A program made the position numbers and the translations under genes. From assembly GCF_001465295.1 (NCBI RefSeq), contig NZ_CP011035.1:270001-302000 (forward strand): a stretch of 32,000 bases of DNA, written 5' to 3'. This stretch comes from Pseudoalteromonas translucida KMM 520. GTDB lineage: Bacteria; Pseudomonadota; Gammaproteobacteria; Enterobacterales; Alteromonadaceae. Under the pieces are notes generated by a model that ran no database searches, had not been told where the DNA came from, and worked only from the letters and a program-made list of their open reading frames with translations. This document shows, in pieces, positions 8,300-17,081 of the stretch (within the stretch, counting starts at the first letter, position 1; every line of letters begins with the position of its first letter).

Positions 8300-9802
8300 A
8301 TGAGTTTTTTCGAGAGCCAATTATTTAAAGATGTTCAAACGCAGAATGTATTTAGTGACTGTAAAACATTTGCAGATGCAATTGCGCGTGTTAATTGGCA
8401 AAGTGCATGTAAAAGTTATGAGCAACTAGCTCCTTTAAATGACGCGCAGCTTAGTGAGTTTGTAAACGCACACTTTATTACTTCCCCAGTGCTAACAATG
8501 GACACTGAAGTTGATACGTCATCTGTTAAACAGTATATAAATTCGTTATGGACTGGCCTTAAAAGAGAAGCCGATATTCCAAAGCAAGACTCATTACTTG
8601 CACTAAAACACAGCTACATTGTGCCTGGTGGACGTTTTCAAGAAATTTACTATTGGGATAGCTATTTTACAGCCTTGGGTTTAATTGATGCAGATAAAGG
8701 TGATGTAGTTGAAGATATGCTACTTAATTTTATCGATTTAATTAACGATTTTGGCAGTATTCCAAATGGTAACCGCCGTTACTATTTATCACGCTCGCAG
8801 CCGCCTGTTTTAGCACTCATGGTCGAATTGCTCTGGGAACACACACACAATAAATCACTTAATACGCAATGGCTTAATATGTGTGTAGCAGCACTTGAAA
8901 AAGAATATATGTTTTGGATGCAAGGCGCGCAGTTGCTTTCGGATAATGTATTGAGCTCAAACCGTGTAGTAAGAATGCCTTGTGGCGGTGTTTTAAATCG
9001 TTATTGGGACAATGTGAGCGAGCCAAGAGCGGAGTCACTGCGTGAAGATTTAGAGCTAGCGCAAGGATTAGCAGACAATAAAAAAGCTGACTTTTATCGT
9101 AATATTCGCGCTGCGTGTGAGTCGGGCTGGGATTTTAGTTCTCGTTGGCTTGGTGAATCTAATTTACTAAGCTCTATTCAAACCACTGATATTGTTCCCA
9201 TTGATTTAAATTGTCTTATGTATAACTTAGAAAGCCAGCTAAGTGATTTTTTTAAACTGCTCGGCAATAGTAAGCAAGCTGAGCATTACGAATCACTTGC
9301 TAACAATCGTAAAGCACTTATTAATACTTATCTTTGGAATGAGTCTATCGGTTTTTTTGTTGATTATAACTGCCGTACAGCCATCCAGTCTCAGGTGCTT
9401 AGTGCAGCAGCAACTACTGCTTTATTTGTTAATTTAGCCAGCAATGAGCAAGCAGCCAAAGTAGCTACGTTATTAGCCAATGATTTTTTAAAAGAGGGTG
9501 GTATTGTTACAACGATTACTCATACACCACAACAATGGGATAGTCCAAATGGTTGGGCGCCACTACAATGGTTTGCAGTAAAAGGGCTTAATAATTACGG
9601 TATTACACAACTAAGCACTAATATAATGCAGAACTGGATAAATATGGTTGAGAAAAACTTTGAGACAAATAAGTGCTTGCTAGAAAAATATAATGTGTGC
9701 ATACCTAATGTTTTAGCCAGTGGCGGTGAATATCAAGTACAGGAGGGTTTCGGTTGGACAAACGGCGTAACGACTCGATTTTATAAGTTACTAGGCCACT
9801 AA
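8300..9802 (+). CDS. treF: Alpha,alpha-trehalase, cytoplasmic type (GH37)
   Basis: Both trehalase signature regions are present: PGGRFQEIYYWDSYF and QWDSPNGWAPLQW. There is no signal peptide. An AAGGAAAG Shine-Dalgarno sequence precedes the ATG. Confidence 0.9.
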   Translation: MSFFESQLFKDVQTQNVFSDCKTFADAIARVNWQSACKSYEQLAPLNDAQLSEFVNAHFITSPVLTMDTEVDTSSVKQYINSLWTGLKREADIPKQDSLLALKHSYIVPGGRFQEIYYWDSYFTALGLIDADKGDVVEDMLLNFIDLINDFGSIPNGNRRYYLSRSQPPVLALMVELLWEHTHNKSLNTQWLNMCVAALEKEYMFWMQGAQLLSDNVLSSNRVVRMPCGGVLNRYWDNVSEPRAESLREDLELAQGLADNKKADFYRNIRAACESGWDFSSRWLGESNLLSSIQTTDIVPIDLNCLMYNLESQLSDFFKLLGNSKQAEHYESLANNRKALINTYLWNESIGFFVDYNCRTAIQSQVLSAAATTALFVNLASNEQAAKVATLLANDFLKEGGIVTTITHTPQQWDSPNGWAPLQWFAVKGLNNYGITQLSTNIMQNWINMVEKNFETNKCLLEKYNVCIPNVLASGGEYQVQEGFGWTNGVTTRFYKLLGH

Positions 9803-9986
9803 TCCGATCTGTTATTTACCTTATAAAAGCAATTAAGTGGACTCGAATTATAATGGTTAAACTTTTATTTTATTGGTTTTTATTTAAGGACGAGGGGCGA
9901 GCACTCACGGCAAGATCATTATAAATTGAACTTATAGAGCAAGTAGTGATCAGATCAAGGTATTGTAATTACTTGGTCGTATAAAT

Positions 9987-10076
9987 ATGAGCACTACTTT
10001 TCTGAAACATTTTAATTCAATTACAGATCCCCGCATTGAACGCTGTAAAAAGCATGAACTTATCGATATTTTAACT
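9987..10076 (+). mobile_element. Remnant of an ISAs1-family transposase gene (N-terminal about 30 codons only)
   Basis: It translates to MSTTFLKHFNSITDPRIERCKKHELIDILT. This matches my recollection of the conserved N-terminal DDE_Tnp_1-associated region of ISAs1/H-repeat transposases (F..I.DPR....H.L.DIL). The frame then decays and stops at 10097, with no DDE domain. Confidence 0.55.
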
Positions 10077-10091
10077 AATAGTTACCTATTA

Positions 10092-10114
10092 ATATGACAT
10101 AAGCCCAGCAAAGC
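10092..10114 (+). terminator. Intrinsic terminator hairpin
   Basis: AGCCCAGC-aaa-GCTGGGCT is followed by TTTTT on the plus strand. It also lies just downstream of the minus-strand rraA stop, but there the T tract is poor. Confidence 0.6.
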
Positions 10115-10181
10115 TGGGCTTTTTAGTGTCAGGTTTTATTAAAAAAGCGGCAGCTAATCTATTTCAGTTGTGATTTAGCAA

Positions 10182-10664
10182 CTAACTAAGTTTATGTTTA
10201 CTCACAATTAGTCCGTTCACATCGGCGTAAAGCCAATCATTAGGCTCAATGCAGACGCTTAACATGGCAATAGCTTGATTGTTTTCACCACAACCTCGCT
10301 TTAACGTACTGCGTGGTGTCGAGCCAAGCGCCATAATAGGTAAATTTAAGGTAGCAAGAATCTCAATATCTCGGCAACAACCATTTATAACTATGCCTTC
10401 CCAGCCATTTTTTAAAGCACGCTCTGCCATAATATCGCCAATAAATGCAAAGCGTTTACTAGCAAAACCGTTAATAACCAGCACTTTACCTACGCCATTT
10501 TGATGGAGTATTTCAGCGGCAAACGAATTGTCATCGGGGCACGTTACAGTAACGACTTGACCACTAAAGGTGGTTTTGTTGCCAAAGTGCTGTAATCCAC
10601 AGTCGGCTACTTGTACGCTATCACGGTGTTCGTCGTATAGATCGGGAGTCGTGAACTTGTTCAT
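10182..10664 (-). CDS. rraA: RraA family protein (RNase E activity regulator / HMG-aldolase-like)
   Basis: The 160-aa protein is collinear with the RraA family: TTPDLYDEH...VQV...FG..TTFSGQVVTVTC.DDNS and the GWEGIVINGCCRD region. Confidence 0.75.
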   Translation of the reverse strand: MNKFTTPDLYDEHRDSVQVADCGLQHFGNKTTFSGQVVTVTCPDDNSFAAEILHQNGVGKVLVINGFASKRFAFIGDIMAERALKNGWEGIVINGCCRDIEILATLNLPIMALGSTPRSTLKRGCGENNQAIAMLSVCIEPNDWLYADVNGLIVSKHKLS

Positions 10665-10943
10665 ATTTGCTTTCTCTGTTTAGTGAGTTATTTAACGACA
10701 CCACCGGTAAAAGTGGTAATACGAGACAAAAGAGCCAGTAACTATAATTTACCTAGCGTTTGTACTGCTTTAGTTAAATTTAAACACTGAATAGCTGTTT
10801 ACGCTTATTGCTTATAACTATAGTGGTCATATTTAGCTTTGATAATGCAAGTTATGCACTGCTGATTAACGGCATATTATTGTTAAAATAAAAAATTACT
10901 GTTAGTTTAGCTACAAATTGTTAAGTAGTACTTTAGGTTTAAT

Positions 10944-11864
10944 ATGGGATTTTTAACTAAAAATAAATTCACCTTATATGGTGTGGCTGCCATTTTACTT
11001 TGGAGTTGCTTAGTTGCACTACTTAGGGATGTGTCTGAGTTGTTTAGCCCTATTGGTGGCGCAGCCGCTATGTATACTGTTAGTGCTGTATTTTTAATAT
11101 TAGTGATGGGGTTACCCAAGTTAAAAGGGTTTTCAAAACGCTACTTAGTAATTGGTACTTTATTATTTGTATTTTATGAGGTGTGCTTAGCGCTTTCTAT
11201 TGGTATGGCTAATAATAGGCATCAGGCTATGGAAATGGCGGTAATAAACTATTTATGGCCCACTCTTACTATTTTATTAACCATTATAGTAGGGCGTAAA
11301 AAAGTAAGTTTATGGGTCTATCCGAGTATGTTTGTTGCCTTTTTAGGCGTTGCTTGGTGCATAGCTGGCGATGCGGGTATTTCAGTCAACACATTAGCAA
11401 ATAACTTTGCAGATAATCCTGCTACGTATTTAATGGCGCTTGCAGCTGCATTTATATGGGCTATTTATTGTGTGGTTACGCAGAAGTTGAGTAACGGTAA
11501 AAATGCAATAACGTTATTTTTTACAGTAACCGCAGTGAGTTTGTGGATACAGTTTGCAATAAGTAACGAGGCGGCATTAACGTTTTCAATAAATTCGAGT
11601 ATTACATTGTTACTAGCAGGTGTGGTTGTTGGCAGCGGGTATGCACTTTGGAACCAAGCTATTATTGGCGGTAACTTAATGTTGTTGGGCACGCTTTCGT
11701 ACTTTACGCCGGTGTTTTCTACTGTAATTTCGGCGCTGTATTTATCGGTGTCACTTAGTGTGTCGTTTTATCAAGGAGTCGTACTGGTAACGCTTGGCTC
11801 GCTTGTTTGTTATTTTGTTACGCGAGATAAGCCCCAAAAATATAATGTAAAAGTAACGACTTAA
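10944..11864 (+). CDS. yddG: DMT-superfamily aromatic amino acid exporter, YddG-like
   Basis: Ten-TM EamA-type protein with long collinear similarity to E. coli YddG as I recall it (LLWS...GGAAAMY...YEVCLALS...INYLWPTLTIL...AFIWAIYCVVT). Confidence 0.75.
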   Translation: MGFLTKNKFTLYGVAAILLWSCLVALLRDVSELFSPIGGAAAMYTVSAVFLILVMGLPKLKGFSKRYLVIGTLLFVFYEVCLALSIGMANNRHQAMEMAVINYLWPTLTILLTIIVGRKKVSLWVYPSMFVAFLGVAWCIAGDAGISVNTLANNFADNPATYLMALAAAFIWAIYCVVTQKLSNGKNAITLFFTVTAVSLWIQFAISNEAALTFSINSSITLLLAGVVVGSGYALWNQAIIGGNLMLLGTLSYFTPVFSTVISALYLSVSLSVSFYQGVVLVTLGSLVCYFVTRDKPQKYNVKVTT

Positions 11865-11891
11865 AAAACAGTCAGCTAAAGTTTAATTACC

Positions 11892-11930
11892 TCTAAAGCT
11901 CTTTTTATAAGGGCTTTAGATCTTTATTTA
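11892..11930 (+). terminator. Hairpin plus T-rich tail after yddG
   Basis: TCTAAAGC-13 nt-GCTTTAGA is followed by TCTTTATTT. It sits between convergent genes and overlaps the ankB stop region. Confidence 0.4.
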
Positions 11931-12439
11931 GAATTTTTAACTTGCGCGAGTAACTCAATAACTTTTTGTTGACCAAATGAGTGTGCAAATTGCTCAGCGG
12001 TTTGACCGGCTTTGTTTTGATGCGCGTTGTCGCAATCAAGTGATACGAGCGTTTTAGCGATACTAAATTCACCTCTGAATATAGCAGCCATAAGGGCTGT
12101 GTTACCTCGGTTATCTTCCATGCAAGCATTAGCGCCTAAATGTAAAAGCGTGTTTACCGTGTTTTTATTACCATGGTAAGTGGCAATCATTAATGCGGTG
12201 TAGCCTTTATTGTTGTAGCTGTCGATAGGAATACCGGCATCTACAAATTGCTTAATTACAGCGGTATCGTTGGTACGTGCAGCGGCAAAGTAATAAGCAA
12301 ATAAACTCTCGTATTGTGTTTTCGATGAGTGTTGGTTTTCAAGTTGCGTACTAGGTGTTTGTGCATCCGTTGTATTTTGAGCGTAAACACTACTGGTAAA
12401 GCTTATTAGTAGCGCTACTATAATTAATAAATTACGCAT
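11924..12439 (-). CDS. ankB: Secreted ankyrin-repeat protein, AnkB-like catalase partner
   Basis: Signal peptide MRNLLIIVALLISFTSSVYA-QN and at least two clear ankyrin repeats (GYTALMIATYHGNKNTVNTLLHLGAN, GNTALMAAIFRGEFSIAKTLV). It is immediately downstream of a catalase, as in the Pseudomonas aeruginosa katB-ankB operon. I prefer the start at 12439 because the upstream 17 codons overlap a terminator-like hairpin. Confidence 0.8.
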   Translation of the reverse strand: MRNLLIIVALLISFTSSVYAQNTTDAQTPSTQLENQHSSKTQYESLFAYYFAAARTNDTAVIKQFVDAGIPIDSYNNKGYTALMIATYHGNKNTVNTLLHLGANACMEDNRGNTALMAAIFRGEFSIAKTLVSLDCDNAHQNKAGQTAEQFAHSFGQQKVIELLAQVKNSK

Positions 12440-12450
12440 CACTTTATACC

Positions 12451-12488
12451 TTTTAAAAAGAGGAAGGGGATTGGTTGCCTCCTTCCTC
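12451..12488 (-). terminator. Intercistronic hairpin with U tract between catalase and ankB (partial terminator/attenuator)
   Basis: The minus strand reads GAGGAAGG-13 nt-CCTTCCTC followed by TTTTTAAAA. It lies between the catalase stop (12551) and the ankB ATG (12439). Confidence 0.55.
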
Positions 12489-12550
12489 ATGGTTGTGGTT
12501 GCTTATATAACAGCGAGTTTAGTTGGGACTAATTTTTTGTAACTTGCTAA

Positions 12551-14086
12551 TTACAGGTTAGCTGCAAGCTGCTTAACTATTTTAATATCGCCATTAACGG
12601 CTTTAGTTAAACGTGTACCGTACTCACTATCAGCTTTGTAAAAGTGGCTAAGCATTTTGTGCTTAACGTTACTGTCTTTTATTTTTACTAAATCACCCGC
12701 TAGGTTATTGATCAGATTAGTACGCTCTTGCTTACTAAAACCTCGGTATAAAACACCTGCTTGCGCAAAGTTTTGCTGCTTTTCAATCGCTGCTTGTTGT
12801 ACGTAACCTTTAAGCTGCGTTTGGCTTCTACGGGCAATTGGGTTTTCAGCTAGGTTCTCTTGGCTTGGTTGATAGTTTACGTTGCTTTGGGTGTTACCAT
12901 AGTTCATTGCGCCGTCTTGGTTGTAGTTAACTACCTCAACTTTTGCACGGTTAATTGGCAACTGCTGGTGGTTAGCACCAAGGCGATACATTTGCGTATC
13001 TGCGTATGAAAATACACGCCCTTGTAATAACTTATCTTCTGAGGGTTCAATACCCGCAATAATGTTAGACGGTGCCATTGCTACTTGTTCCGTAGACTGG
13101 AAAAAGTTAGTTGGCATGCGGTTAAGCGTTAATGTACCTGCTTTCACTTCTTTTATATTTAACCACATTTTTGTTGCATCTAATGGGTTGTAATCAAAGT
13201 CGTCAAGCTGCGACGGATCAAGCGTTTTAATGTATAGATCCCATTCTGGGAAGTTGCCTTTATTTACTTCGCTGTATAAATCACGCGTTAAATGTTGAAA
13301 GTCTTGGCCTTGAACTTCAGCGACTTCTTTTGCATTTAAATTCTCAATGCCTTGCTTACTTACCCAATGAAATTTAACGTACTTAACATCACCCAATTTA
13401 TTGATCATTTTGTAAGAGTGAACACCCCAACCATCCATTTTACGTAAGCTTGCTGGTGTGCCGTAGTCGCTATAAACCCACGTTAACATGTGAGTAGAGC
13501 CTGGTTCGTATGAAAAAAAGTCAAAAACACGGTTAGGATCTTGAATGTTATCTACTGGTGATGGTTTTAATGAATGGATCATATCTGGAAATTTTATTGC
13601 ATCACGAATAAAAAATACTGGCAAGTTAAGGCCCACTAAATCCCAGTTACCGTGATCGGTGTAAAACTTAATAGCAAAGCCGCGCGGGTCACGCAGTGTT
13701 TCTGGGCTACCTTTTGAGTGAATTACCGATGAAAAACGTACAAAAACGTCAGTTTCTTTACCTGCCTCGGTAAAAGGCGCTGCCATGGTTAAATCATCTA
13801 AACTTTTTGATGCCACAAATACCCCGTGGGCACCCGTACCACGCGCATGTACCACACGCTCAGGAATACGCTCACGTGCAAAGCGTTGTAGTTTTTGAAT
13901 TAGCTGTACGTCTTCTAATAACACACTGCCGCGCTCGCCTGCAGTTATTGAATTTTGGTTGTCGCCAACAGTTGCGCCGTTGTCTTTAGTTAATGTAGCC
14001 GCGCTTGCTGGTAATGCCATCGCAAGTGTTAACGCGCTTAATGTTAGTTTTGTATTCTTGTTTATTGCGTTTAATAAAATATTCAT
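12551..14086 (-). CDS. katB: Monofunctional haem catalase with Sec signal peptide
   Basis: Active-site signature FARERIPERVVHARGTGAHG and proximal haem-ligand signature RVFSYADTQMYRLG. I prefer the internal Met at 14086 because it gives a classical signal peptide (MNILLNAINKNTKLTLSALTLAMALPASA-AT). The symbol is given by synteny with ankB only. Confidence 0.88.
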   Translation of the reverse strand: MNILLNAINKNTKLTLSALTLAMALPASAATLTKDNGATVGDNQNSITAGERGSVLLEDVQLIQKLQRFARERIPERVVHARGTGAHGVFVASKSLDDLTMAAPFTEAGKETDVFVRFSSVIHSKGSPETLRDPRGFAIKFYTDHGNWDLVGLNLPVFFIRDAIKFPDMIHSLKPSPVDNIQDPNRVFDFFSYEPGSTHMLTWVYSDYGTPASLRKMDGWGVHSYKMINKLGDVKYVKFHWVSKQGIENLNAKEVAEVQGQDFQHLTRDLYSEVNKGNFPEWDLYIKTLDPSQLDDFDYNPLDATKMWLNIKEVKAGTLTLNRMPTNFFQSTEQVAMAPSNIIAGIEPSEDKLLQGRVFSYADTQMYRLGANHQQLPINRAKVEVVNYNQDGAMNYGNTQSNVNYQPSQENLAENPIARRSQTQLKGYVQQAAIEKQQNFAQAGVLYRGFSKQERTNLINNLAGDLVKIKDSNVKHKMLSHFYKADSEYGTRLTKAVNGDIKIVKQLAANL

Positions 14087-14166
14087 GTCGACCTTATTAT
14101 TAAAAAGTGCCGGCAGTGCTGCTGGCTGTTTAACTGTTGAGGAGTGTATGAACATTGTTTTGTTCG

Positions 14167-14183
14167 GTAAAGTTGATTAAATA
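14167..14183 (+). repeat. Copy 1 of a 17-bp direct repeat, GTAAAGTTGATTAAATA
   Basis: It matches copy 2 at 14265-14281 (GTAAACTTGATTAAATA) at 16 of 17 positions, 98 bp apart, in the catalase/HAD divergent intergenic region. Confidence 0.6.
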
Positions 14184-14264
14184 GATTGGATTAATTCATA
14201 AATGAGATTGAGTGGGAGGTTAAGAATATACTTTTAACGGTAATTTTAGGTTTATATATATTTT

Positions 14265-14281
14265 GTAAACTTGATTAAATA
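14265..14281 (+). repeat. Copy 2 of the 17-bp direct repeat, GTAAACTTGATTAAATA
   Basis: See copy 1 at 14167-14183. Confidence 0.6.
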
Positions 14282-14440
14282 CAGCAACTTTTAGTTTTGT
14301 TTATTTATATTTGTAGTAGTGACAAGTAAATTCGTTCACTTTTTGTTGACATTCAAAAACAATAAAGGGAATATGCTCGATAGCCGGGCTTATGCTCAAT
14401 TTGTGTGTTTGTACAAAAAGTAAATGTTTAAGGTAACCCA

Positions 14441-15121
14441 ATGAACGCTAAAATTGATTTAGTAATATTTGATTGCGATGGGGTAGTCATCGACAGTGAA
14501 ATACTCAGCGCTCAAGTGTTGATTGATATGCTTGCGTATTTTACGGTTAATATTGACCGCGGATATGTACAGCAACACTTTTTGGGGTGTAATTTTAAAA
14601 CCGTAAGTCAAAAAATCCAAAACGCCTTTAATGTCACTCTGCCACATAGCTTTGAAGATGATTACCGAGAAGCGCTCCTAAACGAGTTTGAAGCAGCGCT
14701 CACTACAACCGATGGCATAAGCGAAGTACTTAATAACTTAGCTGTGCCCAAATGTATTGCCACAAGTAGCAGCCCAGCACGTACAGCTAAAGCATTAGAT
14801 ATAGTTAATTTAAGTAACTGTTTTAGCAATACAATATTTACCAGCAGTGAAGTAAAGCGTGGTAAACCCGCCCCCGACTTGTTTTTACATGCAGCTAAGC
14901 AAATGGGCGTAAAACCAGAGCATTGCTTGGTAATTGAGGACAGCGAAGCTGGCGTATGCGCAGCCATAAATGCCAATATGCAAGTACTGCATTACAGTGG
15001 CGGGCAGCACATGCAAACGGCCATTAACTATGTTCGTAAAGCGTATCCGAATGTGGCTCACTTAACTCATTGGCAGCAGTTTTTTACAGCTTATCCTGCT
15101 CTTAAAAGTAAAAATATTTAA
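14441..15121 (+). CDS. HAD-IA family hydrolase (phosphatase / beta-phosphoglucomutase-like)
   Basis: Motif [16 protein letters not shown], motif II CIATSS, and motifs III/IV GKPAPD...VIEDSEAG. Confidence 0.8.
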   Translation: MNAKIDLVIFDCDGVVIDSEILSAQVLIDMLAYFTVNIDRGYVQQHFLGCNFKTVSQKIQNAFNVTLPHSFEDDYREALLNEFEAALTTTDGISEVLNNLAVPKCIATSSSPARTAKALDIVNLSNCFSNTIFTSSEVKRGKPAPDLFLHAAKQMGVKPEHCLVIEDSEAGVCAAINANMQVLHYSGGQHMQTAINYVRKAYPNVAHLTHWQQFFTAYPALKSKNI

Positions 15122-15299
15122 ACATAGCTACTTATACCAACACACATTTATAGGGTTTATAAGTAGCAAAATATAAGCGTTGTTAGTACTGATATTAATT
15201 ATAAAAACTAAAACAAGTGGTTACGCGTTTATAAACTAAATTATAAGAAGCAAAGTCTTTAGGTATTAAGTACTTTGCTGTTAACAACTAGGAAATACC

Positions 15300-17021
15300 A
15301 TGGCAACGAGTCCACACACTCACACATTTAAAGATGTAAACGAAGAGCAACTTCCGGTTGCTAATAATAAGCTTCACGGCTGGAAACATTTTGCTGGGCT
15401 ATACGCTGGTGAACATGTTGCCGCTACTGAGTTTGTTATTGGCGCAACCTTTGTTGCATTAGGCGCATCAACCATCGACATTCTACTGGGGTTATTAATA
15501 GGTAACCTGTTAGCAATGTGTTCTTGGTGGCTAATTACGGCACCTATTGCAGTACAAACCCGCTTAAGTTTATATAACTACTTAAACAAAATTGCTGGTA
15601 ACTCAATGACCAAGCTCTATAACTGGGCTAACGTGGTTATTTTTAGTGTTATATCGGCGGCCATGATCACAGTATCCTCCACCGCCGTGCGGTTTTTGTT
15701 CGACATACCCGCGCAGCTTGACTGGTATCCAAACAGTTTTTGGTTTGTAGCCATTGTTTTAGCGGTAGGCTCTATTGTTGTATTTGTTGCTATGTATGGC
15801 TTTTCAACCGTTGCTGACTTTTCAAAACTATGCGCGCCCTGGCTATTTGTTATATTTATTGCAGGCTCGTTCGCGTTATTCCCTGAACTTTCAAACCACG
15901 TATTAGGGTCTACCTCTTTAAGTAGCTTTAGCGACTTTATGACCATAGGCGACTCCTCCATATGGACGGGCACCAATGCCGATGGCGAAAAAGGCATTGG
16001 CCTATTAGAAGTGATTGGTTTTGCATGGGCTGCTAACTCAATTACTCATTTTGGTTTAATCGACATGGCTATTTTTAGATTTGCCAAACGCAAAAGCTAT
16101 GGCTTGTTCTCTGGTGTGGGCATGTTTTTTGGGCATTACTTAGCGTGGATCTCTGCCGGTATTATGGGCGCAGGTGTTGCGGTATTACTTAAAACAACCA
16201 TTTCGTCACTTGATCCGGGCGATGTTGCATACCATGCATTAGGTTGGACTGGATTTGTTATTGTAATTATAGCGGGCTGGACTACAGCTAACGCAAACCT
16301 TTACCGCGCAGGTCTTGCTGCACAATCGATTTTTGTAAATCAGTCACGTGAGCGTACAACCGCTATTGTAGGTGTTGTAACCGTGATTATTGCGTGTTTC
16401 CCGTTTGTATTTTCACAAATGCTACCGCTACTTACTTACGCCGGCTTATTAGTTGTGCCTGTGGGCGGTATTGTGTTTGCTGAGCATGTGTTATTTCCTA
16501 AAATTGGCTTAACACGTTACTGGGCTAAATATAAAAATATTACCCGCAGCGTACCGGCTATAGCATCTTGGGCGCTTGCACTTGTGTTTGGTTTTGGCTT
16601 AAACGCAATTGATGTAATGTCGTTTTACTACTTGTTTATTCCTACCTGGATTTTCACTATCGTTATTTACACGCTTTTAGCTAAAAAATACGGTGCCGAT
16701 GAAGATTACACGCAAGAAATTGCTGCAGAAGAGCAAGAGCAACGTGATATTAAAGAATATCAAACAGCACAAGCTAAAGACATTCCAAAGCCAGTAATTG
16801 ATAGCTCTACATTTACCAAAGTTCTTAATGGCATATCGACTACTTCATTGGTTATTATTTTTATATTTGCCAGCCAAGTTATGTTTTTCAGTGAAACTAT
16901 GGTGATGTACAGCGCTAATAAGTCGCAGTTCGAAATTGCCTGTTTTATTTGTACTGTTATTTATTTTGTTACTGCGTACTGGTCGTTAAAACGCCATAAA
17001 GTACTCAATACAGCATCGTAA
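15300..17021 (+). CDS. Polytopic permease of uncertain family (NCS1/cytosine-permease-like core plus C-terminal extension), candidate mannitol/polyol transporter
   Basis: A 573-aa protein with many hydrophobic helices. The N-terminal region (GEHVAATEFVIGATFVALGAS...LLGLLIGNLLA) is reminiscent of purine-cytosine permease-like proteins. An acidic linker (EDYTQEIAAEEQEQRD) is followed by two further hydrophobic helices. It sits directly upstream of the mannitol dehydrogenase and fructokinase genes. AGGAAA Shine-Dalgarno sequence. Confidence 0.65.
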   Translation: MATSPHTHTFKDVNEEQLPVANNKLHGWKHFAGLYAGEHVAATEFVIGATFVALGASTIDILLGLLIGNLLAMCSWWLITAPIAVQTRLSLYNYLNKIAGNSMTKLYNWANVVIFSVISAAMITVSSTAVRFLFDIPAQLDWYPNSFWFVAIVLAVGSIVVFVAMYGFSTVADFSKLCAPWLFVIFIAGSFALFPELSNHVLGSTSLSSFSDFMTIGDSSIWTGTNADGEKGIGLLEVIGFAWAANSITHFGLIDMAIFRFAKRKSYGLFSGVGMFFGHYLAWISAGIMGAGVAVLLKTTISSLDPGDVAYHALGWTGFVIVIIAGWTTANANLYRAGLAAQSIFVNQSRERTTAIVGVVTVIIACFPFVFSQMLPLLTYAGLLVVPVGGIVFAEHVLFPKIGLTRYWAKYKNITRSVPAIASWALALVFGFGLNAIDVMSFYYLFIPTWIFTIVIYTLLAKKYGADEDYTQEIAAEEQEQRDIKEYQTAQAKDIPKPVIDSSTFTKVLNGISTTSLVIIFIFASQVMFFSETMVMYSANKSQFEIACFICTVIYFVTAYWSLKRHKVLNTAS

Positions 17022-17053
17022 TTACTTATCGTAATACAGTATCGTAATTTATA
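17015..17053 (+). repeat. Three tandem 13-bp units with conserved core ATCGTAAT
   Basis: ATCGTAATTACTT / ATCGTAATACAGT / ATCGTAATTTATA. The first unit contains the permease stop codon (TAA 17019-17021). The flanking 17-mers AATACAGCATCGTAATT (17007-17023) and AATACAGTATCGTAATT (17033-17049) match at 16 of 17 positions. Confidence 0.7.
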
Positions 17054-17081
17054 TTTTATTTTTGTTTAGTAAGGTCGCACC

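Noticed and set aside
14087-14155. N-terminal extensions suggested by the longest-ORF calls: catalase 14155, ankB 12490, lipoprotein peptidase 25269 (TTG) and EamA 28112.
   Set aside because: The internal starts give canonical signal or lipoprotein peptides, or a proper GGAG Shine-Dalgarno sequence. The ankB extension overlaps a terminator hairpin, and the peptidase extension would bury the palindromic 16-mer inside coding sequence.
14087-14440. OxyR binding site upstream of the catalase gene.
   Set aside because: I found only partial matches to the ATAG-N7-CTAT-N7-ATAG-N7-CTAT pattern (for example around 14181-14215), which is not enough to call.
15127-15167. Perfect 10-bp stem (GCTACTTATA ... 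TATAAGTAGC) with a 21-nt loop after the HAD gene, as a terminator.
   Set aside because: The stem is AT-rich, the loop is large and no U tract follows on either strand. I noted it but cannot support a terminator call.
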